A stretch of DNA of 64,000 nt from assembly GCA_030704615.1 (NCBI GenBank), contig JAKLZA010000295.1, positions 47,001 to 111,000 on the forward strand, written 5' to 3'. The notes beneath the pieces were generated by a model that saw nothing but the letters and a program-made list of their open reading frames with translations, had not been told where the DNA came from and searched no databases. Numbering within the stretch: the first letter of the stretch is position 1; the number at the start of each line of letters is the position of its first letter. This DNA comes from Takakia lepidozioides (lineage: Eukaryota; Plantae; Bryophyta). Positions 27,305 through 41,400 of the stretch are shown here, piece by piece. The translations under genes and the position numbers were made by a program.

Positions 27305-29640
27305 CTCTTCACCCTTGTCACGGATCACCAACCACTCAAGTAGTTGATGGAGTCAGACAAGCTTACGGGGAAGCTTGCACGGTGGGCACTCATCCTTCAA
27401 GAGTATGACTTTCAGGTTGTGCATCGACCGGGTTTGGTCAATCGCAATGCAGATGGGTTGAGTCGCAATCCATGCACGAGCCAGCAGGATGACACTGGAG
27501 CTCGGTGGCATGGTGAGACGGATGAGGAGATGGTGCCCAGATGGCATGCATCTGCATTTCTGTGTATCTTGGCAGCGGAAGGCCAGGTTGGACTTGCAAC
27601 AGGGATGATTGTAGATCAAATGTCTGAGGACCCTGAGGTCAGCAATGAGCAAGGTGGCGTCAAAGATATACATGAGGATTCAGCTGTGTTGGACTATCTT
27701 CGCACTGGAGACACGGCAGCCACTGTGACTGCTAAGGAGAGGGATCGGATCCTACAACGAGCCAAAAGGTTCAAGTGGAGGGGACACACCTGCTCCGAGT
27801 GTGGGAAGATGGTTGAGTGAGGATTGTGCCTCACCCAACACACAGCGGGCACGGTTAGTGCGGCATGCCCATGAGGAGTTGGGGCATTTTGGGGTGCGAC
27901 GCACTCATAGTCTACTGCAGGGGCAGTATTGGTGGCGTGGTATGCACACAGAGGTGCAACAATTTGTGGCTAGGTGCATGGTGTGTGACAGGGTGCGTGC
28001 TTCATTCAACGCCCCTACTCCACAATTGCACCCTCTTCCGATCATGGGATTGGGCTACAGGTGGAGTCTTGACTTCGCAAGGCCGTTGCCACTGACCATG
28101 CGCGCCATAACAAGTACGTGTTGGTGATGGTGGAGCACTTCTCCAAGTGGATTGAGTTGGTTCCATTGCCTGATAAGGCTAGTGAGGGCTGCGTATGCAT
28201 TCTTGGATTGTGTGCTTAGCCGATTCGGTGCTCCAGCTGAGGTACTCACGGACCAAGGGAGAGAGTTCTTGGGGGTTTTCAGGCTTTGTGTGACAAGGCC
28301 TTGATAGACCACCGCACCACTTCTCGGGATCATCCTGAGGCCGATGGCTTGGCAGAGAAGAGTTGTTCAGACAGTAAAGAGGGGTTTGCGCAAGTATGGC
28401 TTGCAGAAGGGACACCTAGGAGATTGGGACCTTCAGTTATCCTGGTTAGCTATGGGCTACAGGTTCAGCAAGCAAGCATCACTTGCCTCCTTCTCACCAT
28501 ACTTTCTTCTCTTTGGCTGAGAGCCGGATTTGCCTACATCCATTCGCAGAGAAGCTGCTACAGTTCTTAATCTTGATGATCCGGACGTGTGGGCACGTGC
28601 ATGTGAGCAGCGTGCAGAGTTATTTAAGAAAGTCATGCCCATGGCTTTCGAGAACCTTGCCATTGTAATTGTAGGACGTGTTATTTTGAGGGTTCGAGAG
28701 GTCTTGCCCTCAGGCGTCTTGGTCTTGGAGGGTCGGGATGGCATAACTTGGAAGGACCATGTGCGTAATTGTGCGCCATGTCACCTTCCGAATGTTGATG
28801 GCATGATTGACCAAGCGTGGCAGTGGTATCTGCAAGTTTGAGGTGCATGTTGTGTGGGTCTGCTAGAGGGGCAGCCACCATGCTGGTGTGTGATCGATGC
28901 TCTAGAGGTTGGCATATGGGATGCTTGACTCCACCTCTTGAGATGGTTCCGGATGGGGATGGTTATGTCCACATTGCATTGGATAGTGGGAGTGGATACA
29001 ACCATGGAAGGCTAACAAGAAATGCAAGGCCAAGCTACTAGGAGACCTTGAACACACGAGATATTGGCTCAAGTTCACAGATTGCAAGACGGCAACTAAT
29101 GATGGGCTACTCTTGTACCGGCCTCTTGGTCTATAGAGTTTGAGTATAATAGGGACAGTGATAGAGGACTTAGTACGGCTGTGGTTATTACATCTTGTAG
29201 CTATCTGGAGGTAGAGGGACCTATCCACCAGCTAGGGGGGCGATTGTGGCAGACTACTTTATTGTGCATATATGTGTGGTGTGGTTTGGACAACGATGTA
29301 GTTGTGTAGCGATACATATGCGCACGACAGCTGTCAAGTTAAATAAGCACAGTGTGAAACTAACTAGAATAAAGCTAGTTATTTGTATTTAACACTTGGA
29401 TTTAGGTCAAGTGTTAAATCAGGTGTCAAGTTTAGTTTGACACCTGAACCGTCTTATCTTCACGAGAGCGTCAGTCGCGCAGCTCATCTCTCTCGAGTTG
29501 AGCCTGCACGACCGAGCTCCTTCACCGTTTAGAAGTTGAGTGTGCTTATGATGGGAGGATAGGTTGTTGTGGGGTGGAGTCCCCATAGCTTGGGGTGCCC
29601 CTGGCTCGACTTCTATTTTAAATAATGATGAGTGATGCTG
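27305..29640 (+). mobile_element. 3' part of a Ty3/Gypsy element: RNase H end, integrase, PHD finger, PPT, partial LTR
   Basis: TDHQPLK, KLARWALILQEYDF, HEELGHFG..CMVC, WSLDF, TDQGREF; PHD at 28845-28965; PPT AGGGGGGCGAT then TGTGGC at 29245. Right boundary approximate. Confidence 0.85.
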
Positions 29641-29649
29641 TTGGTTTTC

Positions 29650-32600
29650 ATGTTTCTTGTGTCAACAGTGTGTTATTAGCTTTCTTATCATTGTGGCATT
29701 TCCTTCCATAAGCACATATTTCGTGTACCTGAAAAAAGGAGATAAATCCCAACCCACAAAAGCGCTCAATGAGTAAGATGCAAGTAGAACAGAATGAAAA
29801 AAAACATAGATTGAAATGGCTCTGAGAACTGCTCCAAGGACCTTTCAGGACCACACGAATGCTGCAGATGTGAATGTCGTCAACGCCATTCAAAACATTC
29901 CATTCAATGATACTGTAAATACACCCTAATCCAGGTGAATGCAAACTATCGTTTTTGAATGACACAGACATATAAGTGAATGTCGTCAACGACATTCACC
30001 AATCAAGCCTAATTATTCCTTAAATGAAGCAAAATCACATGATGGAAATCATAAACTCGAGTAAGGAACCCTCCAGGAAAACTCAATGCACATTCATAAC
30101 GAACATATCACTGAGAACCTCACAACAACACTGTATGTGAATGGCGTCAACGCTATTCAAAAAAATACCAACAAGGAACCAATTACTTAGCTCCCAATCC
30201 ATGTAAATTCGAATTGTCGTTGGTGAATAATACAGACACAGAAGTGAATGTCGTCAACGACATTCACTTTGGATTTCTCATAACAGAGCTTATCAAGCCT
30301 CCAGATTCCTCGCAAGAGGCAAAAACAATGCAGAACAACTAAATGTCTGCATTGACATTCAGCAAAATGAAGTGAGGAACCCTCACTGTAACCTCTATGG
30401 ACATTACAAAAATTTACATAACTATGAGGACCTCTCAAAACTCCGGATGTGAATGTCGTCAACGCCATTCAAGGACATTATCAATTCTAATCAGGGACAC
30501 TAGAATTACACCCCTAGATCCTAACCAGGTGAATTCATATACTCGCTTAAGAATGACTCAGACAAAGAAGTGAATGTCGTCAACGACATTCAATCTGGAT
30601 CTATGAATGCAATCCTTATGAAGCCACATTTTTTCCCAAAAAAAACAGTAGAGTTTCAAGTATAACATTGCACCTGTACACAACTCGTATCATGGCCCAC
30701 TCTCCTCCAACCTGACTGTCAAAGTCGTTGGACCGTAAAATGTTACCATCTTTGAGAACTCCCGGAAAAAACAGTATCTCCAGGTGAGACCTCTCCACTT
30801 CCTTATGTATGCCTCCAATGACATTTGGGGAGGGGAAACAATCGAAATGTTCAGGTCCTTCAAAGTCTGATCCAGCACAATGACGGCGCGTTTTTCAAGC
30901 TGCAAATTGTATATTTGTCAGAATTGCAAATAAGATACTCATCACATACTTGAAGAAGAAAACGGCATGTTTGAATACACACCTGACTCCAAAATGTAGC
31001 CTTGTGGAGCAGTTATCAACACCAAATCACTGATTCCTTCCACCTTTGTGCCAGGCTGTATGGTGCTCTTTGGGAACTGATTCAAGTCCTTTACTGTTTG
31101 ATCTGAGTTCCATATCTCCAGCCACCTTATTTTTTGTTGTGGGTCGACCATCGATATGGCCAGCCGGTGCAATTTCTCCTGCTGCATCTCCGGATGCACA
31201 TGCTTGTCATAGTGTGTTTTGATCTGCTGAAGGAACTCAGACCAAGTCCAGGATCTACTATTCTAAGCTGCTTTCCGAAGGCGGACATCAATTTGATTCT
31301 TCGCATTTCAAACTCCTTCTTTATTGCAGCTTCCACACCCTTTGATGTCCTTAGTTCCTCTGGTGTAGTGCGGTAATATTCGGATTTGCCCTTCTTAGCT
31401 GCCTCTGCCAGTTCTTGCTGCATTGATTCAAGTAGTGATTAGCTCCGAAGGGACTACAAACATGTATTCGAAAAGTAAACAGAGTACAGACTCGGGCTTA
31501 CCGCATACATGTACTCCAGAAACGCCTCTCGTGTCAAAGAATACCAAGTGCCTGCAGCTCTTCCTGTTTCGCACTTCTTGATGATATTGGGTGGTAGTAC
31601 TGTCCGAAAATCATCCAGCTTCATCAGACCAATCCTCTGAATTCGGAATAGTGTGTGAACCAAGCTTGTTGTCACATGCGATTTCTCTGTCGATCTGCAA
31701 AAACATTGGAAACGTTGCATTCCTTAACACTGTTTTTGAGGATTTAATAGACACTACAGAAGGAATGAAATCTCCTGAATGACTTATTTGTTCACGTCGT
31801 GCATAGCTGTAAGAAGCCTAGCGATGTCGTTTCCAGGATCCAAAATCATTGTCTCCACAGCAACATGCTTGTCTTTGTCTTTCGCATGGTGTTTCTGAAT
31901 GTATCCCATCCATGCCAGCAATCGGTGGTTGCCGTCCCAGACGAGACATGTGGTTGCAGAATTGCTGGGGTGTTCTTTCCCATCATGAGGCCCAGCTCGA
32001 ACTCCTCATTGGCATCTTTCCAGCACTCATCCCAGTTATCACTGATCTCTGGAGACACTAATGTGCTTTTCCCATTTATATCCGTCAGTGACAAATAAAA
32101 AACTTGTGCACCAAGTCTATATCCATGCACAAAATCACTCTCCAATTTTGTTATGTCATGGGAAAGAGGAGGACGCACAACAAGCATTGATATCATCCGG
32201 CGCAGAGGGATGTCCAGACGCCCTCCAGATACGAGCATGTCCCTTATAACCTCCTGAGAGTTTACCTTCTGGAATGACATGTTTCTTTCACCTTGTCAAG
32301 GTAGTGCACTTCAGATTCATCTGCTTCATCTGTATTCTCTGAGCTTTTTGCGGACTCGTCCCCATCTCCAGATCCTTTCCCCTCTGATCCTGTAGGCTTC
32401 GACCTCACAGTTTTCTGCACTATGCCATTCAGTTCTGACGAAGTAATTTGCAAATAGTGAATGGCGGTAACGACCATCACTCTGTCTCAAAGAAACTCAC
32501 TATGAATGGTGTGAAACAATTCAGCACAATCTACACAAGCAAAGCTGATACTGCCGTATTCAAAACAAAAGCGAGAGCGATAGCGAACGGCGTTAACGAC

Positions 32601-33524
32601 AATCACAAAAGATAACGACCTGCCGGATTGGTGTTGTGTAATGACATCTATGTGCAAGTGATTGGCGGCAACGACATTCAGTATAGTTTAGGGCGGACAG
32701 TAAGTGCAGATTATTCAGATTGACTCCACAGTGATTACCGTCGCAAGCATGGAAAGAGGAAGGACTGCTTGAAAGGCAATCAGACAGACTATATGGTCTG
32801 AACAACGATGATTGACGGTATGCCGACCCTCACTCTCTCTTCAAACACATAGGTACATAAATCTCATGAGAGAATCGAATGGCGTTAACGACGCTCGCAA
32901 TTCAGTAGTTCCTGCTAAAGAAGGGAAGAGGAAGGACTCCTTGAAAGGCAATCAGACAGACTGTATGATTGGAACAACAGTGAATGACTGTGCCGATAGT
33001 CATCCACTCATTGTGCGGTAAACCCTTAGCAGAGGAGTAGAAAGCAAATCACCTTTGTGATGGTCGGTAGCGACAATCCCTGTCTGGGACATTCCACAAT
33101 TCTACGCATATCTTCAACAATGAAATGTAAGTTAGATAAAACTTATTGGCGCCTTCTTAGGTTTTGAAATTGGATCCCCTTCTGCAGCTTTCCTCTTCCC
33201 TCTCACATCTGCTGGAATTTCTGTCTGCTCTAGGGTTTCTGGACCTTCTCCCGGTTCGGCGTTCCGCGTGCTTCCACCTCCTTCAGTGTCTATGCGAATC
33301 ATCTCTGCCTCCACAGGCTGGCGCACTCTTATTGCCGACTGTGTCACAGCCGCTGTCTCAGTCTCCGTCTGCTCTTCTGAATCAGTCTCTGCGTTCACCT
33401 GCTGCCTTGGCCCTATGTTCTCCAACAAACGACGCCTCGTCATTTGCTCTCTTGCTCTACGTCTCTCTCTAAGGGAAGTAAAATAAAGAGACTTTCTTCT
33501 CTTTCGTATTGTAGAAGGAACCAT
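29650..33524 (-). CDS. Cargo gene of Mutator-like copy A: ParB-like domain protein, multi-exon, 3'-truncated before any MTase region
   Basis: RLDIPLRRMISMLVVRPPLSHDITKLESDFVHGY..FYLS..VWDGNHRLLAW (DGNHR at 31922-31936), IRWLEIWNSDQTVKDLNQFPK, EWAMIRVVYR|YTKYVLMEG; colinear with the 55959-62323 gene, with shared intron positions. Confidence 0.75.
29871..30592. repeat. Six copies of the 22-bp near-palindrome TGAATGTCGTCAACGACATTCA in intron 29729-30673
   Basis: Copies start at 29871, 29977, 30138, 30245, 30450 and 30571; weaker variants at about 32457, 32585, 32659, 32877 and 33057. Confidence 0.9.
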
Positions 33525-34303
33525 CTCCAGCTTGACTACCACTCTCTCTCTAAGCGCGAAAAGTAGAAAAACGCAGTGACTCCCGATTTCTTGCGGGATT
33601 GCCTACGTTCTTGCGTGTCTCTAGAAGCATCGGATTCCCTCTCGCCTGACCGTTACACATAGTCGTTCCCTTATTAGTGCACATGCCAGCAATTGGTGTA
33701 CAGCTGTTCGTATTCAGTTATGGATGTCTGACGTGTGTCGCCCAAAAAATAAACGGCGTGTTCTTTATTAGAACGGTTTCAATATTTTAAAAATAACAGC
33801 GAATCCCAGAAATCTTGGCGCACAGTCTTACACAAATAAATGTAAATGAACGAGAGTTTGATGACAAATCTTGGAATATCATACACGTCATCCTTGTTAG
33901 CCAAACCCCCACATTCGTTTCACATTTGGAACTTTCCAGGTGCGCATGATCATTGGTAGTAATATAAAGATACATTTACTTAATCTGCAATCCCATCCTT
34001 AGATCTTGTGGCATGCTTCCGGGAAGTCAGCTTTGTTATTGGGTTTATTGATGAGGTTATGATTAACGGTTTTAACAGCTGCCGACACTGCTCCTAGGGA
34101 TACTCTGACCACTGGGCCCACAAGAAAAGTAATTAAAATGGACGGCTGCATATCTGGAAAGAATAACATAATATGCACAGTCGTTGTCTGAGCTTCCTCC
34201 GCCATATTCTCTGCTCATTCTTCAACTGTGTTCTGGAGACATCAGTAAACCGATTTACACTAGATCTGCGATAGCAAGGTACAAACGTACGCGAGGAAGG
34301 AAG

Positions 34304-37300
34304 ATGGCTTCCTCTGAAGCGGAGTTCTTCTCTGACGACAAACCAGTGCCGTTCTCCCAGGAAGTCCTTGACAATGGATTTGCAATTGTTCTGGAACATG
34401 TCTTGGCTACCCGTTTTCAGCTGCAGAATGGCTCCATCTTTTTGGAGAAAGAGGTGTACGATCTTAAAGGGAAGTTGTTGAAATACTCTTTCCAAAACCG
34501 TGATGAGACGGCTCATATCAGCCAGTGGAGAGTGCGTCCTGGTCGATACAGAGTACTTGGAGAGCCTCGGCGAAAGTCCCTTGGGTCATATGTGACGCCC
34601 GGGACTGCTGCTTCGGTCGTTGAAGACAAGAGGGAGGTGGTGGTGAAAAAAGAACAGACGTCCTCCACTCCAATCGTTGAGCTTTCGGATTCTTCCGATG
34701 ATGACATAAGTGAAATTCCAAATCCAGTCCTTCCTACTGTGGTTGGAGAAGCTGATGAAGAAGAGATTTGTAGTGTCATTCCAAAATTGCGGGCGATGGG
34801 AGGAATGGCTGGATTCAAAAGTGAGTTGCGGGGAATTGATTGGGAATCTTTGAAGCAGGTGCCTGTGAAGTTCTTGCCGAGACTTTTGATGGCGATATCC
34901 TATTCGAGCTGCCTCCTCCTCCGCGAGTTGGAGGTGTAACAATCATGATGCATGGAATGGACAAGAAACACGACGGGCACCCGTGGTGCAGAACAAAAAC
35001 ATCCAATATTCAGAAATGATGACAAGCTTGTTTTCAGGAGGACAGTTTGCAATGGACACCTTAGGGTGTGATAATTTGAATTGCAGACACTTTCTTCAGT
35101 CTGGGTTCATAATCCTCCACCGGCAAACACTTTCGTCTGCAAATTCTGCAAACTTGTGCCATCCTGCTTGGCGCTCTGCGGAGCAAGAATGTACTATGTT
35201 GTCCACCGTTTGAAAACAATGACAAGAGCTTGTGTGCATTTCGGATTCCATAACCATCCTGTCTCGAAGGGGGATTACAGGGAGAGTGTTGAGACAGTAT
35301 CGAGGTTGATTAAACAGGAGTTCGGGAGAAACCCATCCGCAACAACATCTGCAATTGCTCTTGGCGCAAGCAAGTCCTTCTTGGAAAGCCATATTTTGAG
35401 TGAAGGGGATTCTGTGGGGACTAAACTTGACGGTGCAGCATTGGACCTGGTCATGATCATTTCTCCACTTTAAGTTCACCTAACATTCGGCATCAGATCA
35501 ATGCATTGAGAATGGGCTCTGGGATCAGAGGCTACATAGACAATATTTTGGAATTGAAACGAGTGAGCAAGTACGATTACATCCAGGACAATGTATTCCC
35601 AGGTCAAGGTGCCATCAAAGTTTTTCTTTTCAAAATGTCGACTGTTGGGGAGGGCAGTGGGGTTAGCCTCGTGAAGCGGATGCAGAAAGACTGGGGACTT
35701 GCAGAACTGTTTTCTTATGTTTGATCATGTGAAACGAGTGAAGGATTGGACGACAATGGCTTGTCATGTCTACGATCCAGTGTACCAACGAGTTATGACA
35801 ATTGCAGTTTGTGACATGCAATCCGAGGATACGGAATCCCAGAAGCTCATGTGGAATTCCCTGATACGTGTCATGGGCTGCCATGGGCTGCATCTCCAAA
35901 TTTCGCAGGTTTCATGGCGGATAGTGCTCAAGCAAATTTCAATGCTGTTCGTATTGTCTTCGGATCGGGCGACCCAAAAGTGCCATGCCAGGAAGAGAGC
36001 GTACATGTCTATTCCATTGGACACAATCTCTGGAAAAACATACAAAGTCGGACATCAAACCAGAGATGCAGACTCAGCACCGTAAATTGTGCAAAGAGTA
36101 CAAAGATGCTAGAACAATGAAGGAGGCGGACACTTTGTTCCAGACAATTCGTGCCTGGTGGTTCTCTTCTGGAGCTGCATCACTTGAGAGTATGAGAGCA
36201 TTGGAAGATTGGCTGGCGTTTTGGCACTTCCGGTATAGACAGTGGGGAGCAGCCATGCCAATGGTACGAGGCTTATATTTCTTGCTTTATTCATACATTT
36301 GCTTTCCATTTTTTGTGTCCTCGCTTTCTTTATGTTGTTTTCTGTTCACTGTTTTGAAGTGTGGTTCTCCACTTTGCAGAACATGTCCATTGAGGAAATG
36401 GCGGACATGCCATCTTGCAATTTGGCAGAAACTGTGCACAACGCATGGTTGCAGCAGTCTGGGAAACGAGGTCGGGATTTGTATGTGGCAACAACAGATG
36501 ATTTGATACGTGCCTTGCAACAACAAACCCGATACCGTGATTTCTTACGAGGTGGGGTTGGTGGCAAGGGTCCGGACAAATGGGAGTTGATGTTGCGTGC
36601 TGCAAACAGATCTGGGGATCCAATCAAGATAGCACGGGCGGTGAGCATGTATGCCCAGGGAACGCCACTTGTTTCTAGAGTTCCACATCTTGAAGGGGAG
36701 GAGAGATTCGGCTCCTGTAAGAGGAAATTGAACACTCCACCTGGTTCGGATTCAGATTCCACAGGGCACCGTGATAACTTCTCGAAGCCTCGTGTTCCCC
36801 TGCATGACAGCTCCATGTCCGGAACCTCCATTGTGGAGGAACCTCCAACACGACGGCAAGCTCCAGCATCAAACAGTGCCTGAAATGGTGCAGGAGAGAA
36901 ACAACCCCCTTGATGTGCTTGAGTCCGCATGCCCCGACCACGTTTGGCACATAGAACGCACAAGTGTAGGGTCTCGTGTGAAATGTACAGCGATCAGGGC
37001 AACTAATTTCGAGAAGTGCACTTCATCTATATCCAGAGGTGGTGCCCGAACTCCTGCTCCGACTTTCACGGGCTTGATGCGTCCATACGGTCAACCAGAA
37101 AGCCAAGAACCACAAGTTCTGGTTCTGCGCAGATGATTGTGCCAGATGTGTGCATGGAACTGTGCGTCCTTCCGTAGTGATGAAGCCATCTCCTCCAACC
37201 GTTTGGCCCGTGAAGGTGGGAACACATCTCAGCTTTCAGGAGATTGAAATGCTGGAGGAGGCAGGTTTTTCCCTTGCGAGACAACCCCAACTCCATGCAT

Positions 37301-37837
37301 GTGCTACTACTTCTGCGTCCTCCCGGGTCCCCCGGCAAATCCTGACTTGTGGCCAACCAAACGAGATGGAAAGCTCGTTCGGCGTTCCCTCCAACCGCTG
37401 AACACTTTGGCAAAGTGGAGTCCGCAAGAATGCTCCAAGCTCGTGTTGGAAGCACCACGGAAGTACCCCATCCAGGATATGGTCGGGTATTCACAATCAT
37501 CACTTCCACATCTGCTGTTCATGACAGGACCTACGACATCACGGTTTCCAATTTCCCCAATTGCACATGTCCTGATTTTGTGAATATGCTATCAACCAGT
37601 TTGGGCAAGAGAGGTAAATTCATACCCTGCAAACATTTGTATTTCATATTTTTGAAGAGGATGGTTTGCGATCCCAAACGTGACAACTTCATTCACCAGG
37701 CCACTATGAGTTTCAACGAGGTCGATACTCTTTGCAGCGGGATACAACACATGGGTAGCATGAACTATGCAATGTGGTATGTGGACGACCATGATTTGAA
37801 ATGTGTAATTCACATCAATTCGTCGGCGGTGCAATGA
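34304..37837 (+). CDS. Mutator/MULE-like DDE transposase with N-terminal zinc-binding domain and C-terminal SWIM finger (copy A), frameshifted; intron 36264-36379
   Basis: FDHVKRV (D, 35723), FMADSAQAN (D, 35920), CLFH (36006), NLAETVH (E, 36428); SWIM CTCPDF...PCKH. Confidence 0.8.
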
Positions 37838-38493
37838 TATGGCCTCCAACTATACGGAGTGAGCTCTGAGTGACAACTTTTAGCACATTTGTCATTGCAC
37901 CGTTCGAAGTCTACATGTCTTGCTGTCGCTATGCACTACAATCATCTTTTGAAGATGATCCTAACTCTCATTGTTATTTGAGGAGGGAGGAAGTCTTCCC
38001 GTGGCAGCCTTTATGGCGCACACTTTGTGAGGATATTTTCGTCCTCGTAATTGTAAAAGTGAAACAAGCATTTGTAATTGCACAATGTTGGATGCTGCAA
38101 TTGTAGGCCTCAACGTCGTCTTGATTCTATTTAGGCAAGATTCCCTGCATTAATTCCACGGTCATAGGACCATCCTCGGTTATAGCGGATGGCAGTGATG
38201 TGCCTGAAGATGATGAGGCTTGGAGAGATGAGAAGGAACTGCACAAGGAAGTGGCAGATACCATAAGGGAAATGCAGAAGAGTACTGATATTCCTATGGC
38301 AGATTCCTCTGATTCTGAAAGAGAAGAGGAAGTGAGTGAGGATGAAGGGAAGAAAGAAGCTGCAGAAATGCAGAGTAATGAAGGGACTTTGGCTGAAGTA
38401 ATATGCCAAAGCGGAGATTACCATTGGACAGCTATTGGCTGTGGCACCTTATTGTAGACACAGGCTGTATCAAGCAATCAATCAATTGCCCAT

Positions 38494-41400
38494 GTGACAG
38501 GGAACACAGACCTGAACAGCAAGGTGACCAGTTATAATGTGAAGCCGGAAGGGCGAGAAACAGTCATGGACTTTGATGATTCTATGCCAGTAATCCAATT
38601 GAGAATTGGAAGCACAGAACTAACTGATGTACTGATAGATGGAGGCTCTGGAGTGAATATCATGACAGACCAATTAAGGCAGAAGCTTGGTCTAAGTAAC
38701 ATGAAACCAGCCCCATTTACAGTAACAATGGCAGATCAAAGAAGTGTACAGCCATTGGGATTGATAAGAGGAGTTAAGATACAGATTCAAAAGATGATCT
38801 TTATGATCACAGTAACTGTGTTGAAAATGGATGAAGTCATGGAAGCTTACTCCTTATTGTTGGGACGACCGTGGCTGAAACAGGCCAGGGTATTCCATGA
38901 CTGGAATTCCCAGTTACTAACTGTGCATGATGGGATGCACAAGATACAAATCACCACTAAGAAATCTAGTAGATTACCTGCTACGAGAAGACCTCGAGGG
39001 GTCAGGGAGTATGACTGGAGGGGAGGACTTGATGAGGAGCAGGAAGCTACCCTGTTCGCTGCACACCCAGAGTGGGAGCAGGTTGCAGAGATGCAGCTGG
39101 AAGGCCTAAGTTGTTTAAAAGGTATCTGCTGTGGTGTAGTGACAGCAACACCAATTGAAGGTGAAACAAGCAGTTACCCACCACATTTCTATGAAGAAAG
39201 AGAGGGAGAAATGGAAATCCTAGAGGAACCAGCCACTGTGAGTTTACAGGATGAAGTGGTGACTGGTTGGACAATCACAGCTGATGAGCAGGTGAGAGAA
39301 GTGAATGTGGGAACTGAAGAGGAACCGAGGATGGTGAAGGTAGGGGCTGATTTGGAGCCAGAATTCTTTGAGGAAGCTAAGAGTTTGTTCATCAAATACA
39401 GAGATGTATTTGCTTGGAGCTACGAGGATCTAAAAGGGATACCACCTGAGATCTGTCAGCATAAGATTGAACTGGAACCAGGGTCAGTACCAATCAAACA
39501 GGCAAGGTACAGAATGAATCCCAACTATGCACAGAAGGTTGGAGAAGAGATCAAGAAGTTGGCTGAGGCTAAGTTTATATACCCGATAGAGTATACAACT
39601 TGGTTGTCACCCATTGTGATAGTTCCCAAGAAGAATGGTAAACTGAGAGTTTGTGTGAACTATAAGAAGTTGAATGCTTGCACGAAGAAAGATCCTTTCC
39701 CTTTGCCATTCACAGAAGCGGTATTGGACACTGTGGCAGGCCATGAGATGTACTCATTCATGGATGGCTTCAGTGGTTATAATCAAGTGCAAGTGGCAGA
39801 AGAAGACCAGGGAAAGACAGCTTTCATCACAGACTGGGGTGCTTATGCATACAAAGTCATGCCTTTTGGACTTTGTAATGCACCAGCAACCTTTCAGAGA
39901 GTGATAAGTGAATCTTTTCATGAGTATCTGGATGATTTCATGCAGGTGTTCTTGGATGATTTCAGTGTGTACAGCTCTAAGAATGAGCACTTGCATAAAT
40001 TGGAGTTATGTTTGGCCAGATGCAGGATGAGAGGTCTGGGCCTGAATCCAGAGAAGTGTACTTTCTGTGTGAACTCAGGGGTGCTTTTGGGACACATTGT
40101 GTGTAAGAGGGGACTTCTTGTGGATCCCAGAAAGACAGAGGCCATTAAAGCCTCTCCACCACCAGTAAATGTTAAGAGTCTAAGGAGATTCCTTGGACAA
40201 ACCAGTTATTACAGAAGATTTGTCAGACGGTATGCACAGATAGCAGCACCATTGAGCAAGCTTCTGAAGAAAGATGCAGTGTTTGCATGGACAGCTGAAT
40301 GTCAACAGGCTTTTGAGGAACTTACATTGTCAGTAACAACTACACCTGTGCTGATTAACCCTCACTGGCATGTAGTATTTCATGTTCACTGTGATGCCTC
40401 AGGAGAAGCGTTGGGAGCAGTGTTAGCCCAAAATGTTACAGGAAATATAGATTCACCTGTGTACTATGCTAGCAGGTTGATGAACAGTGCTGAAAGGAAC
40501 TATAGCACAACTGAAAGAGAAGGCAATGATTTATGCAGTCAAGAAATTCAGGCATTACCTATTGGGAAGAAAGTTTATGTTTTATGTGGATCACCAGGCT
40601 CTGATATATCTGGTGAACAAACCTTTGATAAGTGGAAGGATAGCAAGGTGGTTAATAATCTTGCACGAGTTTGAGTTCGAAGTTGTTTACAAGCCTGGCC
40701 GTTTGCATCTTGTGGCAGATCACTTGTCACGCCTATCAACAGGAGAGCCCGCCACAGGAGTAGACGACCAATTACCTGATGCGAGTTTATTTGCAATGGA
40801 GGTGCAGGGAAGTGCAGATGACTGGTTAGATTGGCAGTGGCCAATCAGATACTACCTTACTCATGGTCAGTGCCCACCTAGTTATGGAAAGGAGCAGAGG
40901 AAGAGAATCGCTATCAAGGCTTTACCTTATACTATGGTAGGGGGCAGAATGTATAAGCTAGGACCTGATGGAGTACTTAAACGATGCTTGTACCACCATG
41001 AAGTAAATAAAGTTTTGGAGGAAGTTCATAAAGGAGTGGCTGGAGGTCATTTGGAGAAGAGACTACCAGTAGAAAGATACTACTTGCAGGTTACTGGTGG
41101 CCTACTTTGTTCAAGGATGTACACAAGTATTGTCAGAGTTGTGATGAGTGTCAGAGGCTAGGACCATTGCAGAGATCTGGGAAGATGGCTTTGCATCCTA
41201 CGATGCCTACTGAACCATTTCAGAAATGGGGACTAGACTTTGTTGGACCAATTACCCCACCAGCCAAGAATACACAGAACAAGTATATAATCACAGCCAC
41301 TGATTATACTACAAGTGGGTGGAAGCTAAAGCTCTGAGGGACAACACAGCTAAGTCCACAGCAAGGTTCCTGTATGAGAACATACTTACACGATTTGGCT

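Noticed and set aside
29871-30592. CRISPR-like array in copy A
   Set aside because: Irregular 84-183 bp spacers that partly resemble each other; intronic location.
31005-31040. SDLVLITAPQG in copy A as MTase motif IV
   Set aside because: Lies upstream of the conserved intron, whereas the motif in B is downstream, so it is not positionally homologous.
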